The notes beneath the pieces were generated by a model that made no database searches, had not been told where the DNA came from, and saw only the letters and a program-made list of their open reading frames with translations. 64,000 bases of DNA from Candidatus Poseidoniales archaeon (GTDB taxonomy: Archaea > Thermoplasmatota > Poseidoniia > Poseidoniales > Poseidoniaceae). This document shows positions 1-8,338 of this stretch, piece after piece (position 1 is the first letter of the stretch; each line of letters opens with the position of its first letter). The stretch is taken from assembly GCA_038106355.1 (NCBI GenBank), contig JAYODQ010000008.1:3904-67903 (forward strand), given 5' to 3'. The translations under genes and the position numbers were made by a program.

Positions 1-429
1 TACATATTGTTCTATTTTAGCGAGATTATTGCGATGGGCCGAGGTTGGGCATGGATTGTCGACACATTTCCAATCTTCATTGCCGGCTTCATTGCCGGGG
101 TTCTTCTCATTTTTACATACACAAGTTTGGGTTTGGCAATGTCCTCCATCTCTCGTGGTCGTTTTTTTCCCGGTATTGGATTGCTTGCGTTTTTGTTTGG
201 CTCAAAAACAATCGCTGCCATCATTTCTGGATTATTTAAACGGGATATCCTTTACCTCCTCTCGCCTTATGATTGTCTTGCCCATGTTGGACAAGCGCTT
301 GTGGGTACACAATTGAGTTACACCCAATATTCGTGGACATGGTCACTTGTGTCGCTCGTCATGATGAATGGTGTTGCATTGTATGTACTCGCTTCGAGAG
401 TGAGTTCGATGGAGGTGACTCGAGAATGA
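1..429 (+). CDS. ABC-2-type transporter permease, C-terminal part (5' end outside window)
   Basis: Frame 1 is open from nt 1 to TGA 427-429. The product is entirely hydrophobic helices (IFIAGFIAGVLLIF, LVSLVMMNGVALYVLA). Its stop overlaps the ATG of the next gene (ATGA at 426-429). Confidence 0.55.
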   Translation, partial: YILFYFSEIIAMGRGWAWIVDTFPIFIAGFIAGVLLIFTYTSLGLAMSSISRGRFFPGIGLLAFLFGSKTIAAIISGLFKRDILYLLSPYDCLAHVGQALVGTQLSYTQYSWTWSLVSLVMMNGVALYVLASRVSSMEVTRE

Positions 430-1379
430 CGCCTCAACAACAAATGCCCGTGGTCTACCTTGAAAATGTATCCAAGGTGTATGGTCGTATTCATGCATTA
501 ACCAACGTAACCCTTGGCTTATCTGGAGGCGTGACCGGTGTACTTGGACTCAACGGAGCGGGTAAATCAACGCTGTTTAAACTCCTCATGGGCAAATTGA
601 AACCAAACAGTGGAACAATTCGTCTCTTTGGTGAAGATCCATGGAAAAATCCTGCCCCCTATTCACGCATTGGTTTCGTGCCTGAAAACGAAAAGATGTA
701 TGATTGGATGACCGCTCTTGAGTTTATCTCTACGTTTGCACGACTTTTTGGAATGACGAAAGCCGAAGCCGAACAAGAAGCCCTACGTGTCCTCGACTTT
801 GTGGGCTTGGCCGATGTAGCGAACAAACAAATTGGTCGATTTTCAAAAGGTATGAGACAACGTACGAAAATTGCACATGCACTCGTGAACAAGCCAGAAC
901 TCATCATACTCGATGAACCTCTTCAGGGCTGCGACCCCCTTGCAAGAACGACCATCAACAATGTGATTCGAGAATTAGGAAAATCAGGCTGTACAGTGCT
1001 TGTCAGTAGTCACATCCTCACAGAAATAGAAAGAGTGACTGAACAAATCGTGATCCTGCATCATGGGAAATTACTTGCATTAGGCAATCTTCATGCAATT
1101 CGAGAACGTCTAGACCAAATTCCTCACACAATTCATATTCGAGGAAATGATTCAAGGGCATTAGGTCAATCGCTCATTGGACATCCAGCAGTGTTTGGAT
1201 TAAATTTCCCAAATGAAAATGAACTCAATATTCAGACATTTCATTTTGGTCAAATGCATCAAGACTTACCCAATATAATTGTTGAAGGTGGACATACCGT
1301 TGAACTCATTGACAACCCCGATGATGATTTAGAATCCATTCTTGGCTATTTAACCGGAGGGCAATCGCATGCAAAGTAA
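426..1379 (+). CDS. ABC transporter ATP-binding protein (ABC-2/CcmA-like) with extra C-terminal domain
   Basis: Walker A GLNGAGKST, signature-like FSKGMRQR, Walker B LIILDEP, H-loop SSHIL. I chose the internal ATG at 426 (MTPQQQMPVVYLENVSKVYG) over the ORF-track start at 273, because the 273-425 part overlaps the upstream permease. Confidence 0.92.
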   Translation: MTPQQQMPVVYLENVSKVYGRIHALTNVTLGLSGGVTGVLGLNGAGKSTLFKLLMGKLKPNSGTIRLFGEDPWKNPAPYSRIGFVPENEKMYDWMTALEFISTFARLFGMTKAEAEQEALRVLDFVGLADVANKQIGRFSKGMRQRTKIAHALVNKPELIILDEPLQGCDPLARTTINNVIRELGKSGCTVLVSSHILTEIERVTEQIVILHHGKLLALGNLHAIRERLDQIPHTIHIRGNDSRALGQSLIGHPAVFGLNFPNENELNIQTFHFGQMHQDLPNIIVEGGHTVELIDNPDDDLESILGYLTGGQSHAK

Positions 1380-2664
1380 CAATGCCCTCATCTCACCAAA
1401 ACGCTTTGATAGGAAAGCTGCTGCTGTTGCTGAATTTACATTAAAGCAATACACAAAACGAATCTCGACATGGGTCATTCTATCGGTTGGCCTTCTTGCT
1501 GTTAGTATCATCATGTTGTTTTACTTTGACACCATGTGGGGAGAGTTCGATGCTGTAGATAACGACTATGATTCATTCGACCCTGACGGCGATGGATATC
1601 CATCCGGCCAAGAACGATTGTATGGGACTGACCCTTATTTTAGCGAATCTCATCCTGGAAAAATTGACCCAGGCATCCTTCCAGATGACCGTTCAAAATG
1701 GATCAATGAAGACGACATCGATTGGGATGTTCTCAAAGCTGGTTCTGTTGGATATGACGATGATGGGGATTGCAGAAATGCACCGATTGCACCATCTGCA
1801 CAGGATAGCAATCGAGACGGAATCGCATGCAATATCAAAATTAGTGAAAATCAATTTGGTGGAGGTTACATTATTCGTGGAGATAATTATGTGGACGAAG
1901 ACCCTGACGACGAAGCCTATGCAAAAGAGGCCCTACATCGTGCCACAATCCTCGCTTTAGGAAAATTCGGTTTTGTCTTTTTGATTGGCATCTTTTTACC
2001 GCTGTTCATGGCTACAGGATTAATTCGAGATGAAATGGAATCAGGAACGATGCATTTTCTCATCGCAAAACCGATCAAGCGAGCAGAAATATTCCTTTAT
2101 CGAATGCTTGGTTTCTTGGCCATAACCTATCCTTATGTCATCGTGTTGTGTTTGCTTTGTGCCCTAATGTTTGGACTCAGTGGCCCTTCCGAATCATTCT
2201 TTCGTTTATCCGACATAGGTATCTGGATGGTGATTGCATTTGCTACACTTCTTGCCATTCTTGTGTATGGAATGATGTTTAGTATGTTCGGAGTACTATG
2301 GAAGCACGGTATTATTCTCGCTATTCCTGTTGCTGCATGGGAGTTAGCGATGATGTTTGTTTCATTATGGGAACCTGAAGCGAGCATTCTGCGATTCTCT
2401 GTCCTCGGTTGGGCGACGATGTTGATTGATGCTGGAGCATTGATGCTATGGCCAGATATGGAGTATATGATTGAAGTTGGTATGTGGGGCGGTGGAATGG
2501 CACCACTTGAAGGTGCAGAACAACTGATGGTATTTTCATCCAACCCAGGTCTGGGCCTTTCAAATTTTTCAAGTTTCATTGTTGGCTCTGTCGTCTTGTT
2601 CGTTCAGGCGATTGCATTTTGGTTTGTTGGTAGCGCGCTGTTCTCATCCAAAGAAGTTGCATAG
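1369..2664 (+). CDS. ABC-2-type permease with large extracytoplasmic loop carrying thrombospondin-type-3-like Ca-binding repeats
   Basis: Overlaps the ATPase stop by 11 nt. One N-terminal TM, then an acidic loop with DxDxDG motifs (DPDGDGYPSGQERLYGTDP, DDDGDCRN, DSNRDGIACN), then about 6 TM helices typical of ABC-2 permeases. Confidence 0.7.
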   Translation: MQSNNALISPKRFDRKAAAVAEFTLKQYTKRISTWVILSVGLLAVSIIMLFYFDTMWGEFDAVDNDYDSFDPDGDGYPSGQERLYGTDPYFSESHPGKIDPGILPDDRSKWINEDDIDWDVLKAGSVGYDDDGDCRNAPIAPSAQDSNRDGIACNIKISENQFGGGYIIRGDNYVDEDPDDEAYAKEALHRATILALGKFGFVFLIGIFLPLFMATGLIRDEMESGTMHFLIAKPIKRAEIFLYRMLGFLAITYPYVIVLCLLCALMFGLSGPSESFFRLSDIGIWMVIAFATLLAILVYGMMFSMFGVLWKHGIILAIPVAAWELAMMFVSLWEPEASILRFSVLGWATMLIDAGALMLWPDMEYMIEVGMWGGGMAPLEGAEQLMVFSSNPGLGLSNFSSFIVGSVVLFVQAIAFWFVGSALFSSKEVA

Positions 2665-3858
2665 GTGAATGGTATGAGCACTTCATTTACTGGCGATTTT
2701 GAATCAATGTGGAAATTGGGTCTTCGAGAGCCGATTCAGCACCTCACTTGGGACTGGTGGTGGTGGCTTGTGATGCTTGATGATGACGAGGGCAACCCAA
2801 GCGGGAAACAATTGATGGTGCTTTGGTCGACCAAAACCAATGACTTGGTCAAAGTGAATGATACGATATGGAAGCCATCGGGTCGTCCCAGCGATTCATT
2901 CGATGGGGCTTACAATATCGATGGAATGGTCTGTGCTTGGTGGTTCGATGGAAAGCGGATGCATGAACCATTGCTCAAGGAAATCTGCGCGATGACAGTC
3001 ATTGAAGACACATCCTCAATCTGGCCAAACCACAAAAAAGCAGGAATAGGCGGGGGGGCACTCATACCACACTTGAAACAAGATTGTTCAATGGGTCTTC
3101 GCTCCGAATTGAATTCGTTTTGGTTGGAGCTCGATTCGGCTTCAAATTCTTCAGTGCAATCAAAATTTTCTCTCGAAATTTCACCATGGAACCCTACCTT
3201 ATCCCATGCCCGTCATCTTCAAGCCGATTATCTTGGGGGGATGGGCTACGATATCCTTCGAATTCACGGTGCAAAGGTTCGTGGCAACATCGACGGAGTT
3301 CCTCATCAAGGAACAGCGTATTTTCAGAAAGTATGCGTCCAAGCACCATCGCCGCCTTGGTATTGGGGAGTCTTGCACTTTGAGGATGGGTCATATTTGG
3401 ATTGGTTTTTGCCACATGTCTCCATGACGATGACATCACGTGATTCGAGACCATGGAAACAAAGGGATGTATCTCACATTTCACTTTCCCAAGGTGGTTT
3501 GTTTCACGATGCAACCTATCAGAGGACCGAACGTTTTGGAAAAGTGACGGTCCACAAAAAAATGTCAACGATGGTAGAATCAGAACACGGGGCTCATCCT
3601 GGCTCTCCATTGCCGGAATTTTTGGTTGAATTAAAAAATGGCCGAACCACAATTCGTTTACAGGCTCAAGCCATCGAGCGTGCACACTGGCATTTTGACC
3701 AACCGACAAGAGGTGGAATGTGGTCCCATTTAACGTACAACGAATATCCCCTATCGGTTCAAAAGATTGAAATTTCCGATGAATTTGGAAAGAGAACGCT
3801 TGAAGACTTTCGTTGGATTCGAGGAAATGCTGAACATGCATGGGGAATTTTACATTAA
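2665..3858 (+). CDS. Hypothetical protein, possible AttH/CrtC-like (lipocalin-type) fold
   Basis: GTG start immediately after the permease stop, so translationally coupled. The Trp-rich N-terminal motif LTWDWWWWLVMLDDDEGNPSGKQLMVLW resembles the EWWY..G.L.D..G motif of the AttH/CrtC family. The family call is weak and by eye only. Confidence 0.5.
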   Translation: MNGMSTSFTGDFESMWKLGLREPIQHLTWDWWWWLVMLDDDEGNPSGKQLMVLWSTKTNDLVKVNDTIWKPSGRPSDSFDGAYNIDGMVCAWWFDGKRMHEPLLKEICAMTVIEDTSSIWPNHKKAGIGGGALIPHLKQDCSMGLRSELNSFWLELDSASNSSVQSKFSLEISPWNPTLSHARHLQADYLGGMGYDILRIHGAKVRGNIDGVPHQGTAYFQKVCVQAPSPPWYWGVLHFEDGSYLDWFLPHVSMTMTSRDSRPWKQRDVSHISLSQGGLFHDATYQRTERFGKVTVHKKMSTMVESEHGAHPGSPLPEFLVELKNGRTTIRLQAQAIERAHWHFDQPTRGGMWSHLTYNEYPLSVQKIEISDEFGKRTLEDFRWIRGNAEHAWGILH

Positions 3859-3924
3859 CATGGTTCTTTGAAAGGGGAAGTTATTTCACTTAATGGTTGT
3901 CATCGACGAATAGGAGGCTTGAAC

Positions 3925-4953
3925 ATGACTGATGAAGAGAACCCCGCAGTTGAAGATACCCCCGCACCTTCAGAACCAACGAATTCGAGTAAAAATGAAG
4001 CACAAGCCAAGAAATTTCGACTTGTTCCCGGAGAAGAATTACTTTTGTCAAAACAACCCAGTCCCATTGCCTTTCTCAACATGTATTTCTTGGGTGCAAT
4101 CGTCCTTGGTCTCCACTTTTTGTTTTCCATTGCAGAAGACTACAATGCGAGTGATGACGCCAATGCATTCCTCAAATTTGCAATTTTCTTCAACGATCTG
4201 ATCAGCACCGACTCAATGCCGTTAGGCTTCGTCTTCTGCATGCTCATCGTGACATGGTTCAATCGTCTCATCAATATTCAGACATCAGGTCGATGGGTTA
4301 CGATGTGGTTACTTCTTGTGACTTTGTCCCCCTTGATACTTCAAATTGACAAACTTTATGCAACGGTCATGGGCATTTTTGGTAACGACATCGACCCAGT
4401 CATAGGTCTTGATTACAACTTGATTTATTTCGGAGTTGCCTACTCAGCATTATTTTTTGCTATGACATTCTATTTCCATCGAAGTTTCCATTATGCCATC
4501 ACCTCCGAGTCTGTGATTTTTCAACACGGTTTCCTTCTCTCAAGGTCACATCGCAGAATTTTGTTTGACCGCATATCTGAAATTATGGTAGATCGCACCC
4601 CGATGGGGACCATACTTGGGTATGCAACCTTAACCGTTTTGACCGACTCAGGTGTTGGACTTGTCGAAGAGACAGTTGGTGCTGGAGGTGGCGGTAGTGT
4701 GCCTGGAACAGATGAAAAAGAATCGGATTCTGCAGCGACCAAAGTTGGAAAGAGTTTCCTCAGGAAAATCTTCGCATTGATGCTGTATCAGCGTACCATT
4801 CGAAGAGTCCAACCTGACCCGAAACATTGTTTTTACAACATTCGAAATTGGGAAAAAGCGAAAATGCTTTTGAACGAAATGCACCTTAAGAATTCCCAGT
4901 CGAACATGCTCCAAGAATTGAAAGATGTCATTATCAGTCAACAGAAGCAATAA
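3925..4953 (+). CDS. Membrane protein with bacterial PH (bPH_2/YdbT-like, DUF304) domain
   Basis: ATG at 3925 is preceded by GGAGG 8 nt upstream (the ORF-track TTG start at 3868 is less likely). Several TM helices, then YAITSESVIFQHGFLLSRSHRRILFDRISEIMVDRTPMGTILGYATLTV, typical of bPH_2. Confidence 0.7.
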   Translation: MTDEENPAVEDTPAPSEPTNSSKNEAQAKKFRLVPGEELLLSKQPSPIAFLNMYFLGAIVLGLHFLFSIAEDYNASDDANAFLKFAIFFNDLISTDSMPLGFVFCMLIVTWFNRLINIQTSGRWVTMWLLLVTLSPLILQIDKLYATVMGIFGNDIDPVIGLDYNLIYFGVAYSALFFAMTFYFHRSFHYAITSESVIFQHGFLLSRSHRRILFDRISEIMVDRTPMGTILGYATLTVLTDSGVGLVEETVGAGGGGSVPGTDEKESDSAATKVGKSFLRKIFALMLYQRTIRRVQPDPKHCFYNIRNWEKAKMLLNEMHLKNSQSNMLQELKDVIISQQKQ

Positions 4954-5019
4954 CTGCGTCGTTGATTGACAACATAGCCTTGAAGAACCTCTTGCTCACC
5001 GCTTAAGATAGGTGGCAAT

Positions 5020-5538
5020 ATGTCAGAGGAATTAAGTGCTCATGCAATCGAACTATTCAGTAATGGAGATTTAGACGCTGCTCTCGAAGAACTTGAGAAG
5101 CAAATTAAAGCGAACAGCTCTGTGGCAACCTTGCATCACATGTATGCAGAATTTGCAAACATGAAGAACATGGAAGCACAAGACGACATTATCCCTGGTG
5201 GTAAAATTATGATGGCGTACAAAAAAGCCATGGAACTTGATGAAGAAAACATGGAATATATTGCTGATTTTGCATCCTTTGCCCTTGAATGTCGAAGAGT
5301 ACCCGTTGCAGTAAAAGAATTCCAAAGATACGCCCGACGCCTTGAAATTGAAGATATTCCTATCGATGATGTCCTCTACAATGCCAGTCGAAACCTTGTT
5401 GATGCCATTGAAGTGATGGATCCAACGAGAAATGAAGCAATGGTACAACCTTGGCTACAACAAGCACTTTTATGGTCTGTCGCTGCGTTAGGCTTTACTA
5501 AAGAAGAAGCCATTGAAATTCTCAAAAACGAATATTGA
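5020..5538 (+). CDS. Hypothetical cytoplasmic all-helical protein
   Basis: 172-aa ORF with AGGTGG 5 nt upstream of the ATG. No family recognised. Confidence 0.5.
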   Translation: MSEELSAHAIELFSNGDLDAALEELEKQIKANSSVATLHHMYAEFANMKNMEAQDDIIPGGKIMMAYKKAMELDEENMEYIADFASFALECRRVPVAVKEFQRYARRLEIEDIPIDDVLYNASRNLVDAIEVMDPTRNEAMVQPWLQQALLWSVAALGFTKEEAIEILKNEY

Positions 5539-5547
5539 GGGATATAT

Positions 5548-6462
5548 TTGGGCGATTTCACTCGCCTTTTTTTCCGAATCGGATATCTCGGTGATGAATT
5601 TCACGGTAGTCAAATTCAACCTGATGTGAAAACGGTCCAAGGTGAATTGCAACGAGTATTCAGCAAACTACAATGGTGGGATGGTTCCGATGCCGACTCA
5701 TTTCTCATCCTATCGAGTCGTACAGATGCAGGCGTGCATGTGAGAATGAATGGCGGTATTGTGACGGTGCAAACCTCACTTTGGAATTCGATAACGCCAC
5801 GAAAATTTGTTCGTGCTGTCGATGATTTGCTCGATGAATCTCTTGTTTTTCTTGATGTGTATGAAGTGGATGAAGATTGGAACCCGAGAATGGCAAAACA
5901 TCGAACGTATCGATATTTATTGGAGGGCATGGACTTTTGGAAAGAACCAACCATGAGTGACTTTTTGTCGTGGTTATCCATCTTCAAGGGCACACATAAT
6001 TTCACAAATTTCTCAAAATTAGAACCAGGCAAGAATCCTGAACGCACCATACTCGATGTGCAACCATGGCTCGTTGAGAATAGAATTGTTGGATTTGAAA
6101 TCATTGGAGAATCATTTTTGTGGAATCAGGTCCGTAGGATTGCAAATTGTCTCTTCCAATTAAGCAACGGTGACCTCATCGTCGACCAAGTTCAAACTGC
6201 CCTTGACGACCCACATCATGAGGTCGATTTTGGTGTTGCTCCACCAGAGTGGCTCATTCTTTGGGGCATTGCATGGGACGGATTTGAGATACCTGAAGAT
6301 TCAACTCAAATCGACATTCTCAAACCTCCATCCGGTAGAAACGTTGAGAGGACAAGAAAAAAGCGATGGCAACAAGGTCGACAACATCAACTCAAAATGA
6401 TGTTGTTTGATGAGTGGTCAAATATTGGAAAATTTGAGTATGTCACTCATGCTCGTGAATAG
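5548..6462 (+). CDS. truA: tRNA pseudouridine synthase A (TruA/Pus1 family)
   Basis: FFRIGYLGDEFHGSQIQP....SSRTDAGVHV catalytic Asp motif, plus the NFTNF..... and FLWNQVRRI motifs typical of TruA. TTG start. Confidence 0.85.
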   Translation: MGDFTRLFFRIGYLGDEFHGSQIQPDVKTVQGELQRVFSKLQWWDGSDADSFLILSSRTDAGVHVRMNGGIVTVQTSLWNSITPRKFVRAVDDLLDESLVFLDVYEVDEDWNPRMAKHRTYRYLLEGMDFWKEPTMSDFLSWLSIFKGTHNFTNFSKLEPGKNPERTILDVQPWLVENRIVGFEIIGESFLWNQVRRIANCLFQLSNGDLIVDQVQTALDDPHHEVDFGVAPPEWLILWGIAWDGFEIPEDSTQIDILKPPSGRNVERTRKKRWQQGRQHQLKMMLFDEWSNIGKFEYVTHARE

Positions 6463-6929
6463 ATTTCGATAAAAACTTCATCACCATCATGGACATTGAG
6501 TTTTTCCCGTAAAAACAAGGGTGATATGATTTCGATGACGTCAACATGTCGAGTCAAATCAGGGATGAGTATCGCACAATCGACAGAAATTTCGTTGTGA
6601 GATATCGTGCCCAAAAAAGCCGTTGCTCCACCGAACGATACTCCATCTCGAAGGAATCCTCGAATTCGTATGGCCTCAATGCTTGTGGTATCAACATGGA
6701 GTGATTGTTCTCTCAAAGAAGCGTCTGCATCTAAGGTGTCAATACCCGATAATTTTCGAAGGGCGATGTATCGGACAAGAACATCATTCTCAACTTGAAC
6801 ATTGAGGGTTCCAGGCCAGGCAGTTTGGTCAAACAGTTCCTTGAATTGGTCTTGGTAATGCGGTTGGGCCATAAATACACTCGCCCTTCCAAGGCCAGAT
6901 TCTACAGTACCTCGGAGATGCATGTTCAT
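6447..6929 (-). CDS. ribK: CTP-dependent riboflavin kinase (archaeal RibK)
   Basis: GTVESGLGRASVFMAQPHYQDQFKELF....PGTLNVQV and C-terminal IIEIISPLFLREKLNVHDGDEV align by eye with archaeal MJ0056-type kinase. I chose the start at MNMHLRG (6929), because the 7034 start would overlap the divergent gene at 7010. Confidence 0.85.
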   Translation of the reverse strand: MNMHLRGTVESGLGRASVFMAQPHYQDQFKELFDQTAWPGTLNVQVENDVLVRYIALRKLSGIDTLDADASLREQSLHVDTTSIEAIRIRGFLRDGVSFGGATAFLGTISHNEISVDCAILIPDLTRHVDVIEIISPLFLREKLNVHDGDEVFIEIYSRA

Positions 6930-7009
6930 ATCGAACAAATTCACCTTTTTGAGAGTGTGTGACAAACCATCTTGAATTCTTGATATAGTCTTGAGTTCTG
7001 TATCGAAGC

Positions 7010-7420
7010 ATGGATGTCCAAGATGATGATTCAACCAACCCTAACGACATGATAGAGGATGAACGATACGGACGTGAAGAGTTTCGTGAGGATTATTTGG
7101 ATGACTTGGAAGCATTTCGCAAAAAATTCGAACTCATGGGTCTTGATGTGAAAAGTGAATCAGGGGAAAAGAACTTGTATCGATGGTTCACATTTTGGAG
7201 AAAGGAGGTTCAGAGGTTTTCGCGTCGAAGCCAAGAATCAGGTAAACATGTGATTCGTTTTCCAAATCCTGAAGAGTTTTTCAAATTCATTCATCACATG
7301 CAACAACATGATTCGGACGAAGCATATTCTGTCGATCCTCAAGGTCACCAACCTGACGACCGTCATATGGATGAAGATTCAAGAAAGCGAAGGGATAATT
7401 TCCGTAAGGAATGGCGTTAA
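7010..7420 (+). CDS. Hypothetical highly charged protein
   Basis: 136-aa ORF rich in D/E/R/K. Fills the gap between ribK and the convergent gene. No family recognised. Confidence 0.45.
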   Translation: MDVQDDDSTNPNDMIEDERYGREEFREDYLDDLEAFRKKFELMGLDVKSESGEKNLYRWFTFWRKEVQRFSRRSQESGKHVIRFPNPEEFFKFIHHMQQHDSDEAYSVDPQGHQPDDRHMDEDSRKRRDNFRKEWR

Positions 7421-7956
7421 CATCGAATGCCGGTGCCGTACACACAAAATTCGATGAAAGCGCTCGGTCTGTTTCCTTTTGAATCCAAACATAAAGTCTC
7501 CACTCGAACATTAATGACCTTCGTCCATCCTTGTTGAATGGCTTGCTCACGCAATCGCTGAATCGTTTCTTGTCTCGCCAATTCTAGCATTTTTTCTGCA
7601 CTTTGAATTCTGCCTCCAACCAATGATTTGAGCCGAGCCAAGGCAACTGACCATTTGGAAAGAGAATACACCGCATTGACAAAAACAAGACCAGATTGTT
7701 GGATAGTTCCATGAGACAATGGTGTGAATGTCGAAGAGGAATCAGAATTGCTCAACGGAATTTTTGTCAGTGTCCTCATATTATTGAGCATGTGTGGATG
7801 TGTTTGATACGTTATGGCAGTTCTTTTGTCAAGACTTTCTCTTCCTCTTGAAAGGATGATGTGCGAGCCAATGATTGAAATGGTCCAAATGATGATCGGA
7901 AGAATCACTGCAAGGAAAAAGAACACGAGGATGATGTATGCGCCCTCATGTTCCAT
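7417..7956 (-). CDS. Membrane-anchored YbjQ/UPF0145-like protein
   Basis: N-terminal TM (YIILVFFFLAVILPIIIWTISIIG). The C-terminal half parallels the neighbouring YbjQ paralog: LKSLVGGRIQSAEKMLELARQETIQRLREQAIQQGW..VINVRVET...YGTG. Confidence 0.6.
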   Translation of the reverse strand: MEHEGAYIILVFFFLAVILPIIIWTISIIGSHIILSRGRESLDKRTAITYQTHPHMLNNMRTLTKIPLSNSDSSSTFTPLSHGTIQQSGLVFVNAVYSLSKWSVALARLKSLVGGRIQSAEKMLELARQETIQRLREQAIQQGWTKVINVRVETLCLDSKGNRPSAFIEFCVYGTGIRC

Positions 7957-7965
7957 AACATCACC

Positions 7966-8304
7966 TCAATTGACCATGACTGCAGTGCCGTAGGCAAGCA
8001 ACTCTGCTGCACCAGCGGCAACTGAAGATGTTGAAAATCGGATATTGACCACAGCATTGGCACCGCGGCCAGCAGCTTCAACAATCATACGCTGCAATGC
8101 TTCATTCCGAGATTCATTCAGTAACTCAGTATAACCTTTGATTTCTCCCCCGACGATGGACTTTAAGCCAGCAAAGATGTCTTTTCCAACATGTTTTGCT
8201 CGTACAGTTGAGCCACTCACAAGGCCAAATGTTTGAACAATTGTTTTTCCTGGTATTTCTTCGGTATTTGATAAGTACAACATTGGCATCCCTGATGGGT
8301 TCAT
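7966..8304 (-). CDS. ybjQ: YbjQ family protein (UPF0145, heavy-metal-binding-like)
   Basis: 112 aa. GLVSGSTVRAKHVGKDIFAGLKSIVGGEIKGYTELLNESRNEALQRM...GANAVVNIRF...YGTAV is canonical UPF0145. Confidence 0.85.
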   Translation of the reverse strand: MNPSGMPMLYLSNTEEIPGKTIVQTFGLVSGSTVRAKHVGKDIFAGLKSIVGGEIKGYTELLNESRNEALQRMIVEAAGRGANAVVNIRFSTSSVAAGAAELLAYGTAVMVN

Positions 8305-8338
8305 GGATTTGCTTTCGGCCTTACCATCTTAATGCTTA

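Noticed and set aside
273-425. N-terminal 51-aa extension of the ABC ATPase ORF (Cys/Trp-rich MSCPCWTSACGY...).
   Set aside because: It fully overlaps the end of the upstream permease in another frame. The ATPase consensus N-terminus begins at the ATG at 426, which forms an ATGA junction.
2133-3841. Long antisense ORFs (2133-2579, 3194-3841). Similar ones occur at 5616-6104, 30228-30767, 33895-34320, 40449-40916, 54093-54578, 58070-58531 and 59745-60236.
   Set aside because: All lie opposite genes with clear family motifs or TM architecture, and their products have skewed, low-complexity or Cys/Arg/Ser-rich compositions typical of shadow ORFs.
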